Shown: one piece after another, positions 28,044-37,667 of the stretch
How positions within the stretch are numbered: position 1 is the first letter of the stretch
Layout: each line of letters begins with the position of its first letter
Source: Candidatus Hadarchaeota archaeon
GTDB lineage: Archaea > CAYQAE01 > CAYVLA01
Assembly (NCBI GenBank): GCA_964621445.1
Contig: CAZUNO010000003.1
Coordinates: forward strand, 1 to 64,000
DNA: 64,000 nt
Reading direction: 5' to 3'
Notes under the pieces: generated by a model
What the model was told of the DNA's origin: nothing
The model's input: the letters and a program-made list of their open reading frames with translations, nothing else
The model's database searches: none
Program-made: the position numbers and the translations under genes

Positions 28044-30392
28044 ATGACCTGTTCCTGTGCGCTCTGTAAGGAGACCAGGGGACTCATTGAGCAGGCCCTG
28101 ATGCAGAGAAAGACTGAATCACCCGAATTTGCGGAATCATGCGCAACCCTTGCTACCCTCTATGAGAGATACGGTGAGCTAAGCGAGGCATCAGAGGATG
28201 AAGAAGAGAGGATTAAGCAGGAACTCAATAACATACGGGCCCTTTGTAGCGATGAAGACCTGTGCACCAGAGTCGATTGGGCCTTGGAGGAGTATATCTC
28301 CATAGAGGAACTAATAGAGGAATTGGACGCCGCCCGAACCAGGCCAAAATACGTTTCCCAGATCATAGGCAGGCTGGCCGAACTCTCCCAGAACACCATT
28401 GACCTCCTGCCGTTCCGGCCCAAGGGTAGCTACACGGTGGAAATCCTGGAGATGGACGAGAGCAGGGCGTTGGCCAGGCTCAGCACGGAGATCGGGACCC
28501 ACCAAAAGGCCATATACATATACCTCTTCGTCGATATCGGCGGGACGCATGGCCAACCCGAGGTTACCATAAAACGGGGTATAGTGGAGACCGATATACC
28601 CCTCCAGCCCACGGTTCGTACCGAGGCTTTCAAGGACAAGATATACGACAAGATCGAGATAAAGCTTTTACACGAGCGCTTTACCGAGCTCATGATACCC
28701 CCGGAGGCGGTGGAAGCCCTGGTTACCGGTAGTTCCTGGTACTCCGAACTCGCCGATGTGGTGGTGGTACCTCCGCTGACAGAGTTGGTCGATGACTTCA
28801 AACCCCACACGGGATCGCCTACATACGAGGAGATAGAACGCCTGGAGGAGGAAATCAGGCCCACGGTTCTGTCCTATCTTCTGGACAAGGTCCGGCCTCT
28901 TCACCAGGAGCTAGCCGATCTCAGGGCTAGGAAAGGAACCGACGACGAGGCGGAGAGCGAACTGGAAAAGAAAATGGCCGAGAGGAACAAGCTCTTCGGC
29001 ATGATGAAGCTCAGGCTGTCCACTGATGAAAGGACCACTATACACATTCACGATCATACCATCCAAAAAGTAACCACCATGCCCCTACCCCACACCATAG
29101 ATGTCCACATAAAGACCTGGGAGGATGAACCGTGTATGGCCAGGCTGCTAACCAAGGCCATACGTGAGATCCAGGAACAGGATATCCTTAAACACACCAT
29201 AATGGAAGTCAAATCAGTCCTACTCCCAGAGCCCAAGGTAGCCCCACCGAAGAGGATAGAAGCCGAGACCATACTGGAGAAATACCCGATACCAGATGAG
29301 CAAGAGGCATTGGTGTTCAGAAACGGGAAGATGACCATCGAAAAGCAACAGCTCACCAAGGATTTGGGCCTGACCGAGGTTTTAGTTAGGATACTATCAT
29401 CGGCCGTCGATGTGGATGAATGCAGGAGGGAACTCTGCACGGAAGATATGATCCCCGGTGACAAGTTCGCCGGTACTGTTGTCGCCGTGGGGAGGGACGT
29501 GCAAAACCTCGCCCAGGGAGATATGGTGGTTGGAGTCCCAATCCTGAGGTGCGGTAAGTGTCCAAATTGCATGGAAAGCGGAGCCTGTAGCGACCCCCTG
29601 AAGGTCGGGTCCGATGTCGATGGTTCACACGTGCAATTCATGAAACTCCCGGAGGAAAACCTGCTCCGGGTACCATGCGGAAAAGTCAACCTGGATAGCC
29701 GACCGGATGCCGCCTGTCTGGCCGAAGCTCTGGCCATTGCCGAACACGCGGTCACCAAGAGCACCGTTTTTACCAAGAAGGGGATCATGGACTACCAGCT
29801 CAACAAACCCATCCTGGTCATGGGAACCAATCTGGTGGCTCTAAACATACTACAGCGTCTTCTAGAGGGATATTCCGATAACATAATAGTTCTCGACCAC
29901 AGCGAGGAAAAGCTGGAAAGGCTCAACGCTCTTCCCGACGGCCCTGACCTCTTCGGAAGTCGGATATTCCCGGTTCTCGTCACATCGGTTTCGGAGGCCG
30001 TTCCAAAGGTGCTGGAGCTGGCAGGTAGAAGAATCCGTATGATCTTCAACGCCCTTGGTACCAGGCGTTCCATGGAGATAGCCTACCGGGTCACCGACGT
30101 ATACGCCATACTTGTTAACGTGGCCTATAAGACGGAGGATATCGGCGGACTCCATCCCCTAATAGAGGGGAAGAAGGTAACCATTTACGACTGCGCAATG
30201 GTGCCCTTTGATGAGCTTAAATTCTATATGGAGATGGCACTAATCTCCATGAGCTACTCCAGGCTTGAACCCTGGAGGTTCAAGTCGCTCCGACTGGGTA
30301 TCGAGGATGCACCCCCAATACTGGAGAAGGTTATGAGCAGGGACAGCGAGATGATGGGGCTGACCCAGATCACGGTGAGACCACGGGTTTAA
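28044..30392 (+). CDS. Unknown ~420-aa N-terminal region fused to a degenerate Zn-ADH (MDR) domain
   Basis: The C-terminal part has EVLVRI, G.VVAVG, CGKCPNC..C and AACLAE, but GxCGSD reads AVDVDE, GHE reads GDK and GxGxxG reads GTNLVA. Confidence 0.7.
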   Translation: MTCSCALCKETRGLIEQALMQRKTESPEFAESCATLATLYERYGELSEASEDEEERIKQELNNIRALCSDEDLCTRVDWALEEYISIEELIEELDAARTRPKYVSQIIGRLAELSQNTIDLLPFRPKGSYTVEILEMDESRALARLSTEIGTHQKAIYIYLFVDIGGTHGQPEVTIKRGIVETDIPLQPTVRTEAFKDKIYDKIEIKLLHERFTELMIPPEAVEALVTGSSWYSELADVVVVPPLTELVDDFKPHTGSPTYEEIERLEEEIRPTVLSYLLDKVRPLHQELADLRARKGTDDEAESELEKKMAERNKLFGMMKLRLSTDERTTIHIHDHTIQKVTTMPLPHTIDVHIKTWEDEPCMARLLTKAIREIQEQDILKHTIMEVKSVLLPEPKVAPPKRIEAETILEKYPIPDEQEALVFRNGKMTIEKQQLTKDLGLTEVLVRILSSAVDVDECRRELCTEDMIPGDKFAGTVVAVGRDVQNLAQGDMVVGVPILRCGKCPNCMESGACSDPLKVGSDVDGSHVQFMKLPEENLLRVPCGKVNLDSRPDAACLAEALAIAEHAVTKSTVFTKKGIMDYQLNKPILVMGTNLVALNILQRLLEGYSDNIIVLDHSEEKLERLNALPDGPDLFGSRIFPVLVTSVSEAVPKVLELAGRRIRMIFNALGTRRSMEIAYRVTDVYAILVNVAYKTEDIGGLHPLIEGKKVTIYDCAMVPFDELKFYMEMALISMSYSRLEPWRFKSLRLGIEDAPPILEKVMSRDSEMMGLTQITVRPRV

Positions 30393-30543
30393 CTTGAATA
30401 CTCTGGGGCCAAAAAATTTGGCTGGAAATATGAAACCCTTCTCCTCCACAAGGGGCAATATACCTCATTTTCCAGCATTTTGGGCGACACAAACCCCTTT
30501 ATGAAGGACGAAGAACGCATTTAAGCACCTTATAAGCAAAATC

Positions 30544-30574
30544 TTTTTAAACCGAAAAACGAGCCTTTTAAATA
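30544..30574 (+). promoter_or_regulatory. TATA-like boxes upstream of tbp
   Basis: TTTTTAAA (30544-30551) and TTTTAAATA (30566-30574) upstream of ATG 30588. Confidence 0.45.
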
Positions 30575-30587
30575 GGGGCCCATCTTT

Positions 30588-31136
30588 ATGGATACATCTC
30601 CGAATATCGAAGTGCAAAACATCGTAGCCTCGGTTGATCTCAAGACTGAACTAGACCTGGTTGAACTAGGTTCTCTTTTAGACGAGGCCCAATATGATCC
30701 CGACAGCTTCCCTGCCTTGATCGTGAAGCTTAAGGAACCCAAGGTCTCCTTCCTGGTGTTTAGAAACGGGAAGATAAACTGCACCGGAGCCAAGAGCGTT
30801 GACATGGCCAAGGAAGGAGTGGGAGAGCTGGTCAGAAGGCTGAGAAACGTCGGAATAGATATCAAGACCAAGCCGGAGATAATAGTCACCAACGTGGTGG
30901 CCACCGTTGATCTCGGTGTAACCCTGAACCTGGACGAGATAGCACTGAACATCGAGAACATCGAGTATGAACCGGAGCAATTCCCGGGCTTGGTCTACAA
31001 GCCATACGGTTCAAGGATCTCGGTGCTGGTTTTTGGAACCGGGAAGCTCGTGCTGGCTGGAATGAAACACTCCTCTGACGCCATAGGTATTGTAGACGGA
31101 TTGATGCAGCGCCTAACCGACCTCGGATTAATGTAG
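30588..31136 (+). CDS. tbp: TATA-box-binding protein
   Basis: Two TBP repeats: QNIVAS..YDPDSFPAL..VFRNGKINCTG and TNVVAT..YEPEQFPGLVY..VFGTGKLVLAG. Confidence 0.95.
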   Translation: MDTSPNIEVQNIVASVDLKTELDLVELGSLLDEAQYDPDSFPALIVKLKEPKVSFLVFRNGKINCTGAKSVDMAKEGVGELVRRLRNVGIDIKTKPEIIVTNVVATVDLGVTLNLDEIALNIENIEYEPEQFPGLVYKPYGSRISVLVFGTGKLVLAGMKHSSDAIGIVDGLMQRLTDLGLM

Positions 31137-31147
31137 AAAGCACTGAG

Positions 31148-31201
31148 AAATAGAAAACGAAAAAAAGAAACGAAAACGGCGGCCGTTAGCTAGCCGCCGT
31201 T
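31148..31201 (-). terminator. Hairpin plus U-tract terminator of the thermosome gene
   Basis: 9-bp inverted repeat AACGGCGGC(31175-31183)/GCCGCCGTT(31193-31201), followed on the minus strand by a long T-rich tract. Confidence 0.7.
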
Positions 31202-31213
31202 GGACTCACTCAA

Positions 31214-32869
31214 TCAGTCAAAGTCCATGTCAGAGTCCTCATCCTCTCCTTCTCCAGCGCCACCTGCGCCTCCGCCTCCGGCGCCCTTAGATGATATCAC
31301 ATCATCTATTCTTAGAAGCATTGAAACGGCCTCGGTGGCCGATGTGATGGCCTGTCTCTTGATACCAGCAGGATCGATCACATTTAGCTCTGACATGTCT
31401 GCGACCGTCTTGTTGATAACATCCAGGCCGATCTTTGTCCCCTTTTCACTCGATTGGGCTATTAGATCCTGCACGGTGTCGATGGGATCCATACCAGCAT
31501 TTTCGGCCAGGGTTCTTGGCACGCGCTTAACGGCACTTGCAAAGGCTTCAACTGCCAGGCCTTCTCGTCCACCTATGGATTTCGCATGCTGGCTAAGGCC
31601 CGTGGATATTACGGCTTCGCAGGCACCCCCACCGTAGACGATGAATGGGTCCCGGGCAACCAGGCCGGTGACGGATACTGCATCGTGTAGAGCTCTCTCC
31701 GTCTCGTCCACCACGTGCTCGGTTCCTCCACGAACCAGGATGGTAACTGCCTTTGGGTCCTTACACTTCTCGACGAAAATCATGTCGTCGCCAGCAACCC
31801 TTCTCTCCTCGACAATCCCGGCCTCTCCAAGGTCCTCAGCACTTAGTTCCTGGACGTTATTGGTTATGGTAGCTCCGGTTGCTCTGGATAGCTTCTCCAT
31901 ATCACTCTTCTTTACCCTTCTCACAGCCAGTATGCCCTTCTTGGTCAGGAAATGCTGGGCCAAATCATCGATGCCTTTCTGGCATAGAACCACATTGGCC
32001 CCACTCTCCACGATCTTGTCAACCATTTCACGGAGCATATCCTCCTCCTGGTCCAGGAACTGCTCCAACATGTTTGCATCCGAAACGTGGATCTTAGCAT
32101 CGGTCTCGGTGTCCTTTACCTCGAGGGCGCAGCTGAGGGTCGCTATCTTGGCGTTCTCCACCTTCTTGGGCATTCCGGATTGGACCCTTTCCTTGTCTAT
32201 GATAATGCCCTTGACCAGTTCGGTGTCGGCAACGGTGCCTCCTTCCTTCTTCTCGATCTTTATGTAATCGATGTCGAAGTCGTAACCCTCTCCCTCTCGC
32301 TTCTCGGTCACTACCTGCTTCACGGCGCCAACCGCTATATCAGCGAGATAGTCAGAGATATTATCGGTGCCCTTTCCGGTCATGGAGGTGATTGCCACCT
32401 TCCTCAGCACCTCTTCATCGTCGGGGTCGACCTTTTCTGCGATTTCATTTAGGATTTCGAGGGCTTTCTCCTCGGCTGCTCTGTATCCCTGAACTATTAG
32501 GGTGGCGTGGACGTGCTCGTCGAGCATATCTTCCGCCTCCTTGAGCAGCTCCCCGGCCAGAACCACTGCCGTGGTCGTACCGTCGCCAACCTCATCATCC
32601 TGGGCTTTGGCAACCTCCACCATCATCTTGGCGGCAGGGTGATCTACGTCCATCGCTTCGAGTATGGCCGCACCGTCATTAGTTATCACCACGTCACCCA
32701 GGGTGTCCACGAGCATCTTGTCCATGCCCTTGGGCCCCAGAGTGGACCTCACGGCCTCTGCGATAACCTTCCCAGCCAAGATGTTATTGGACTGAGCGTC
32801 CTTTCCTCTCGTTCGCTCGGTCCCTTCTTTCAGAAGAAGAACCGGTGTACCTCCAAGTTGTCCTGCCAT
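31214..32869 (-). CDS. ths: Thermosome (group II chaperonin) subunit
   Basis: [40 protein letters not shown], Gly/acidic tail. Confidence 0.96.
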   Translation of the reverse strand: MAGQLGGTPVLLLKEGTERTRGKDAQSNNILAGKVIAEAVRSTLGPKGMDKMLVDTLGDVVITNDGAAILEAMDVDHPAAKMMVEVAKAQDDEVGDGTTTAVVLAGELLKEAEDMLDEHVHATLIVQGYRAAEEKALEILNEIAEKVDPDDEEVLRKVAITSMTGKGTDNISDYLADIAVGAVKQVVTEKREGEGYDFDIDYIKIEKKEGGTVADTELVKGIIIDKERVQSGMPKKVENAKIATLSCALEVKDTETDAKIHVSDANMLEQFLDQEEDMLREMVDKIVESGANVVLCQKGIDDLAQHFLTKKGILAVRRVKKSDMEKLSRATGATITNNVQELSAEDLGEAGIVEERRVAGDDMIFVEKCKDPKAVTILVRGGTEHVVDETERALHDAVSVTGLVARDPFIVYGGGACEAVISTGLSQHAKSIGGREGLAVEAFASAVKRVPRTLAENAGMDPIDTVQDLIAQSSEKGTKIGLDVINKTVADMSELNVIDPAGIKRQAITSATEAVSMLLRIDDVISSKGAGGGGAGGAGEGEDEDSDMDFD

Positions 32870-32902
32870 ATTTTTTCACCTTCAGTCTCATGATAGTGTA
32901 CT

Positions 32903-32933
32903 TTTCATCGAAATGACTTCTTGGTTATATAAA
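32903..32933 (-). promoter_or_regulatory. Thermosome promoter: consensus TATA and downstream palindrome
   Basis: TTTATATA (32933-32926), palindrome TTTC-GAT-GAAA (32913-32903), and a GGTGA ribosome-binding site before the ATG. Confidence 0.6.
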
Positions 32934-33021
32934 AATATTCCCCCGGCTCGATCGGCTGAAGCACCGGTTACTAAACGCCGTAACAACATCCATTAGTGGA
33001 ATCGAGTTCACGTTTCAGGGT

Positions 33022-35397
33022 ATGAACCATATGACTCAGGAAACCCCGGAGGTCTTCCTTGCTCCCAACGGCTTTGACTGTGACGTCGCATTTCACCGGG
33101 GGGGATGGACCGCCTTCTATGTCTCCACTCCCAGCGTGGACTTCGACCATCTGGAAGAACTGGGTAGATACAAGGTCAGCTTCAGGCATGGGTCCAGTGA
33201 GAAGAATTGGAGGGATGCCTTCATCTCCCAGAAACGAGAGATGCATATGGTGGGTAGTACAGATGAGGGCATCAAGGAGGCTCATCTGGCTTCGGGTGAG
33301 CGCATGACCGCCCCCTCATTAGTAATAAGGGATGGTTTATACGCGGTTTGGGGGCAGCGCAGCGGTGGAATCTGGGAACTACAACTCTGGAATAAGGGTT
33401 CTATTAGCACCCTGTACCAAACACGGAATGTCATTAGGCGGCCCAGACTGGCGGCTGACTCCTCTGAAACCCTTTGGGTTGCCTGGGAGGAGACGACTCC
33501 GGACGGACACATGGTCTCCTTGATGTCCCAGGAAGAGGCCCCAAAAACCCGTTGGTCTTCACCGGGCACTGGAATCAACATCTCCTCCGGGTCCGGAGGA
33601 GCGGTTTGGCTCCTTTGGGAGTGCCCGAGTAAAGAGGGCACGCAGCTAAAGCTCTGGAACGTAAAAGAGGACGGAGCTCCTTCCGTCGTGCCCTCAAATG
33701 GCACCATGAATATAAACCCGGATCTTACCGTCGATGGCGAAGGGAATGTACTAATGGTCTGGGAATCCTCCCTGGCTTGGGGAAGGGATCAAAGAGCGGG
33801 ATTGAATCGTAGGATCGAGGGGTGTATATACGACCCCCGACCGGACGAGTTTAGAAGGATCCAGGGAACTGAAGAAGGGTACCTACCCATTCCCGACCTG
33901 GCCTTCAAGGACTTCAGCGTCCAGAACATCGTACCCATCCATCCCAAGATAGCTAACTCCTCGTCGGGAATAATCTGCACGTTTAGGATGTTCCACCCCC
34001 GGGGGATCAAATCCTTCGGCTGGGACATCTGCAAAATACATCGACACGATGGAAAATGGGTTCAACCAACGGTTATCAGCCAGGGGCCGGGTTATCCCGA
34101 TTCCGCCTACGGTGTCTCCCTCAAGGGAGATAGATTACTACTGGCATCTCATCGGTGCGATCATAAGCCGCAGCTTACCTACGAGGAGCAGGATCGGGGA
34201 GAAGAGGCCAGGGATACCCAACGGGCGGTAAATCACAGGATATCAGTGATCAACCGTCCAGCCTTTGAATCGAAAGGGCAAGAGGCACCTGTTCTGGAAA
34301 GGGGTCAGGCGCAATATGTCCCGGACCTGGACGTCCCTGACCCCATAGCCGGCCCCGGAAAGGGGATTCCCGATACCGGGTATCAGCTGATATGGGGAGA
34401 CATACACGTTCACTCCACCGCCTCCAAATGCATGAGCGCCAACGACGGCACCCCCATGGACAACATCCGTTGGCAGAGAGATGTCATGGATTCCCAGGTC
34501 CTCACTTTGACCGAGCACGTGGAGTACATGTCGGGACAGGAATATACTCGTAATGCGGATTTGCTGGAGGGAGAGGCCTGTGAAGACCGAGCTATACTCT
34601 ACGGACTGGAGTGGGCAAAGAGCCCGGCCCATCACACCAACTTCTTCTGCATCTCCAGAGTGGTATATGACCACCTGAGGACCATCCTACTTAGCGAAAA
34701 TCACCTAAGTGAGGTCTTCGACAGGGTGAAGAAGGAGCTACCTCCCCAATCGGTTTGTGCCATAAGGCACTTTCATGGGGAAAACGCCGACCAGTTCGGG
34801 GTTTCCGGGCCCAGAGTTACGGAGACCTTTGACGGGGAGGTAGAATGGGCCATGGAGGCCGTCCAGTCCAGGATAGACGCGATGACCGGGGATAATGGGC
34901 GTAGACTACCCCGATTTCCCGCTAATTTCCTCCAGCAAGGCGCTAAAATCGGGTTGGTGGGTGGGTCCGACCACTGCAGGGATAGCAGAAGGAGATTTTG
35001 CTTCACCGGGTTCTGGGTTGACGAGATATCTCCTCGGGGAGTTTTCAAGGCCCTCAGGGAGCGTCGGACCACGGCCACCGCATCCGGTAGGATAGCTCTC
35101 TGGCTGGAAACCGAAGGCGGAGAGGTGGAAATGGGCTCGGAGGGGCGAACAACATCACCGGTTGTCCTTAGGATAAAATATTCAGCCGAATCGCCTCTGA
35201 AATCCCTCCAGATATGGAAGGATGGGGAGTTCATCGACCTGGACACACCTGAAGAAAGCAGTGGAACGGTTAAATTCGTGGACCCGGACAGCGAAGGGCA
35301 GCACTGTTACCTGGCCCGTGCCACGTCAAGTAGCCATTTTCCCAAAATCAACGTTCTTGCCTATTCATCCCCCATATGGATAAAAGTAGAAAGATGA
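33022..35397 (+). CDS. Beta-rich N-terminal domain plus PHP-like (DUF3604/CehA-McbA-like) metallohydrolase
   Basis: Repeated P.L..D....WVAWE blades; WGDIHVHS, LTEH, GLEW...H, GGSDH, AL.ERRT.A.SG. Confidence 0.7.
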   Translation: MNHMTQETPEVFLAPNGFDCDVAFHRGGWTAFYVSTPSVDFDHLEELGRYKVSFRHGSSEKNWRDAFISQKREMHMVGSTDEGIKEAHLASGERMTAPSLVIRDGLYAVWGQRSGGIWELQLWNKGSISTLYQTRNVIRRPRLAADSSETLWVAWEETTPDGHMVSLMSQEEAPKTRWSSPGTGINISSGSGGAVWLLWECPSKEGTQLKLWNVKEDGAPSVVPSNGTMNINPDLTVDGEGNVLMVWESSLAWGRDQRAGLNRRIEGCIYDPRPDEFRRIQGTEEGYLPIPDLAFKDFSVQNIVPIHPKIANSSSGIICTFRMFHPRGIKSFGWDICKIHRHDGKWVQPTVISQGPGYPDSAYGVSLKGDRLLLASHRCDHKPQLTYEEQDRGEEARDTQRAVNHRISVINRPAFESKGQEAPVLERGQAQYVPDLDVPDPIAGPGKGIPDTGYQLIWGDIHVHSTASKCMSANDGTPMDNIRWQRDVMDSQVLTLTEHVEYMSGQEYTRNADLLEGEACEDRAILYGLEWAKSPAHHTNFFCISRVVYDHLRTILLSENHLSEVFDRVKKELPPQSVCAIRHFHGENADQFGVSGPRVTETFDGEVEWAMEAVQSRIDAMTGDNGRRLPRFPANFLQQGAKIGLVGGSDHCRDSRRRFCFTGFWVDEISPRGVFKALRERRTTATASGRIALWLETEGGEVEMGSEGRTTSPVVLRIKYSAESPLKSLQIWKDGEFIDLDTPEESSGTVKFVDPDSEGQHCYLARATSSSHFPKINVLAYSSPIWIKVER

Positions 35398-35401
35398 CCG
35401 G

Positions 35402-37627
35402 CTATCCCCCGGGATAGTTCTCATCAACCCATTTCTTTATCCTGGGGGCCAGCCTGCTGCCGATCCCGGGAACGTTGGACAGCTCCGCCACATGGGCCTC
35501 CTTTATATCAGGAAGCCCGCGGTAACCGGCATCCAGAAGGGCTCTCCCTCTAACCCGGCCCACCTGGGGAATGGAAACCAGAGGCAGGACCTCCTCCTTA
35601 ATCCCGTATCTTACCCGGTTTCGAAGCTTATCGATCTCTCCCCTCCCCCCGCTTCTCAGGACCCTGCCGATCTCGCTAGCTGCGTAGAGAAGCCAGTCCG
35701 CCGTCTCCAGTTTAGCTCTGAGACCGCCTGGAGCCACCCCAAATCGCTTCATGATGAGGTTCTCCCCGCATTCCTCTATCCAGGCCTCAAACATGGTGGC
35801 GGTCCTCAAGGCCTTCAGGAACTCCTCATATGAATATCCCCATTCATTGGGAATGGGAACTATCCCATCGGACTTCACCTCCTCCATTCGGTCCTCCATA
35901 TCTCCCCAGTCACCCTTGAGCCTCAGTAGCGGTCTCATCTCCACGGTATAACATATCATAAGTAGCAGGGAAAGAGGACTTGGTTTCCTATCCCTCTTTT
36001 TCATTCCCTTCATGGCCTCACATAGCCGGTACCCGGTATCGGGATCTATGTAGAGCTCGGATACCCGCTTGCCGATCTTGGTAGGACGGTACCTCCCGTC
36101 CCTCATTTTGATAAATCCATAATCCACAAGATCCCGGACCACGCCCTCGATCTTGGATTCCAACTCCTCGCTGGCGCCGAATTGATGGCCGTGAAACGTG
36201 GTACCGATAACCCTCATCAGGTCATGCCACTTGGACACGAAGTCGGATGCTATTAGCCCCAAAATATGCATTCTGAGCACCGGCTCCAGGGCCATCTTGG
36301 ACCTTATGGGCTCGATGTCTCCGCGGAGATACCTCTCCTCTATCTCCTTCTCCGACCCCTTGGACTTTGCTATGCATACCGCCTCGCCATGGTCGTCGTA
36401 CTGGGGCCTCCCCGCCCGGCCGCACATCTGACGATACTCGAGAACTGGGATATACTCGGCTGCAAATCCGGTGAATCTTTTCAGATTACGAATTACCACC
36501 CTCATGGCCGGCAGATTAACACCGTAGACCAGGGTGGGGGTCGCAGATACGACCTTGATCAGCCCGGATCTGTAGCTATCCTCAACTATCCTCTTCTGCT
36601 CGCTCGTCTCCCCTGCATGATGAAAAGCTGTTCCCTTTCTGACACAATCGGCCAAACGCTCGCATTGAACTGTGGGGGTCTCCACGGCGGAAAGTATCTC
36701 GTCGGCCAGACCCGAGAGCTGCAATAGGTGTTCCTCTCCCAGCAGCGACTCCATGGCGGACGCTGCGTCCTCGGCCAGACGCTCGGCCCCCCTGCGGGTG
36801 GACGCAAAGAGAAGTGCTTGTTTTCCCTCTCTAACCACCTCCCGAGCCAACATTATTGCCGGCGAACCGCCCTTCTCGCCCACTTCACGTAGGTCCTCCT
36901 CATCGCCATCGATGAACCTGATCCGTCCGTTTCTGTATATGCCCTGGCTAAGTTTAACCGGTCGCCAGTCGGAGGATACCAACACTCCATCCAGCCAGGC
37001 GGCGACCTCCTCAGGGTTCCCTATGGTTGCCGACAGGGCCAGAATCCTGGTGCTGGGATTCATCTCCCGAAATTTGGTTATCACCATCTCCAGTGTTGGG
37101 CCCCTTCTCTCGGAGTCCATTAGGTGAATCTCATCCACCACTACTATGCCCACGTCATCGAACCACATGGGCCTGGACCTGAGTATGGAATCGCATCTCT
37201 CCGAGGTGGTGATAAGGATATCAAAATTCAAGTGGTAGGGCGACCTCGAAAGATCTCGATCCCCGGTTTGTACCCTCACCTTGTATCCAAGTGGGGAATA
37301 TTTTTTCTCGAACTCCGTGTGTTTCTCCTTGGCCAATGCCCGTAAGGGCACTATGTAGACCACCTTCATTCCGTATTTGACCAGCGCTTCCATGAATGCA
37401 AACTCGGCCACGGCGGTTTTTCCGCTGGCGGTGGCTGAGCATATGACCATGTTCCGATCGCCCAAAGCCCCCTTTTCTAATGCAAGTTTCTGCACCGGGT
37501 TGAGCTCCTGGTACCCCGATTTCTCCATTACCAACTTGACGACATCTTTTTCAGCCCGATCCTCTTCCCGGTCCTCGGGTTCCACAAGTCGTCTCTGACC
37601 TCTGAGATCTCTTCCCGATAGCCTCAA
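35402..37627 (-). CDS. hel308: Hel308/Hjm Ski2-like DNA helicase
   Basis: TASGKT, PLRALA, VDEIH..RGPTLE, LSAT, FHHAG, ATPTL..GVNLPA, QMCGRAGRP, C-terminal HhH motifs. Confidence 0.93.
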   Translation of the reverse strand: MRLSGRDLRGQRRLVEPEDREEDRAEKDVVKLVMEKSGYQELNPVQKLALEKGALGDRNMVICSATASGKTAVAEFAFMEALVKYGMKVVYIVPLRALAKEKHTEFEKKYSPLGYKVRVQTGDRDLSRSPYHLNFDILITTSERCDSILRSRPMWFDDVGIVVVDEIHLMDSERRGPTLEMVITKFREMNPSTRILALSATIGNPEEVAAWLDGVLVSSDWRPVKLSQGIYRNGRIRFIDGDEEDLREVGEKGGSPAIMLAREVVREGKQALLFASTRRGAERLAEDAASAMESLLGEEHLLQLSGLADEILSAVETPTVQCERLADCVRKGTAFHHAGETSEQKRIVEDSYRSGLIKVVSATPTLVYGVNLPAMRVVIRNLKRFTGFAAEYIPVLEYRQMCGRAGRPQYDDHGEAVCIAKSKGSEKEIEERYLRGDIEPIRSKMALEPVLRMHILGLIASDFVSKWHDLMRVIGTTFHGHQFGASEELESKIEGVVRDLVDYGFIKMRDGRYRPTKIGKRVSELYIDPDTGYRLCEAMKGMKKRDRKPSPLSLLLMICYTVEMRPLLRLKGDWGDMEDRMEEVKSDGIVPIPNEWGYSYEEFLKALRTATMFEAWIEECGENLIMKRFGVAPGGLRAKLETADWLLYAASEIGRVLRSGGRGEIDKLRNRVRYGIKEEVLPLVSIPQVGRVRGRALLDAGYRGLPDIKEAHVAELSNVPGIGSRLAPRIKKWVDENYPGG

Positions 37628-37667
37628 CGTGGTTAAATGGGCAGGACGACGAATAAATCTTCTGAAA

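Noticed and set aside
28525-28550. FVDIGGTH resembles the ROK/hexokinase phosphate-1 motif
   Set aside because: No other ASKHA motifs are recognisable in the surrounding sequence.
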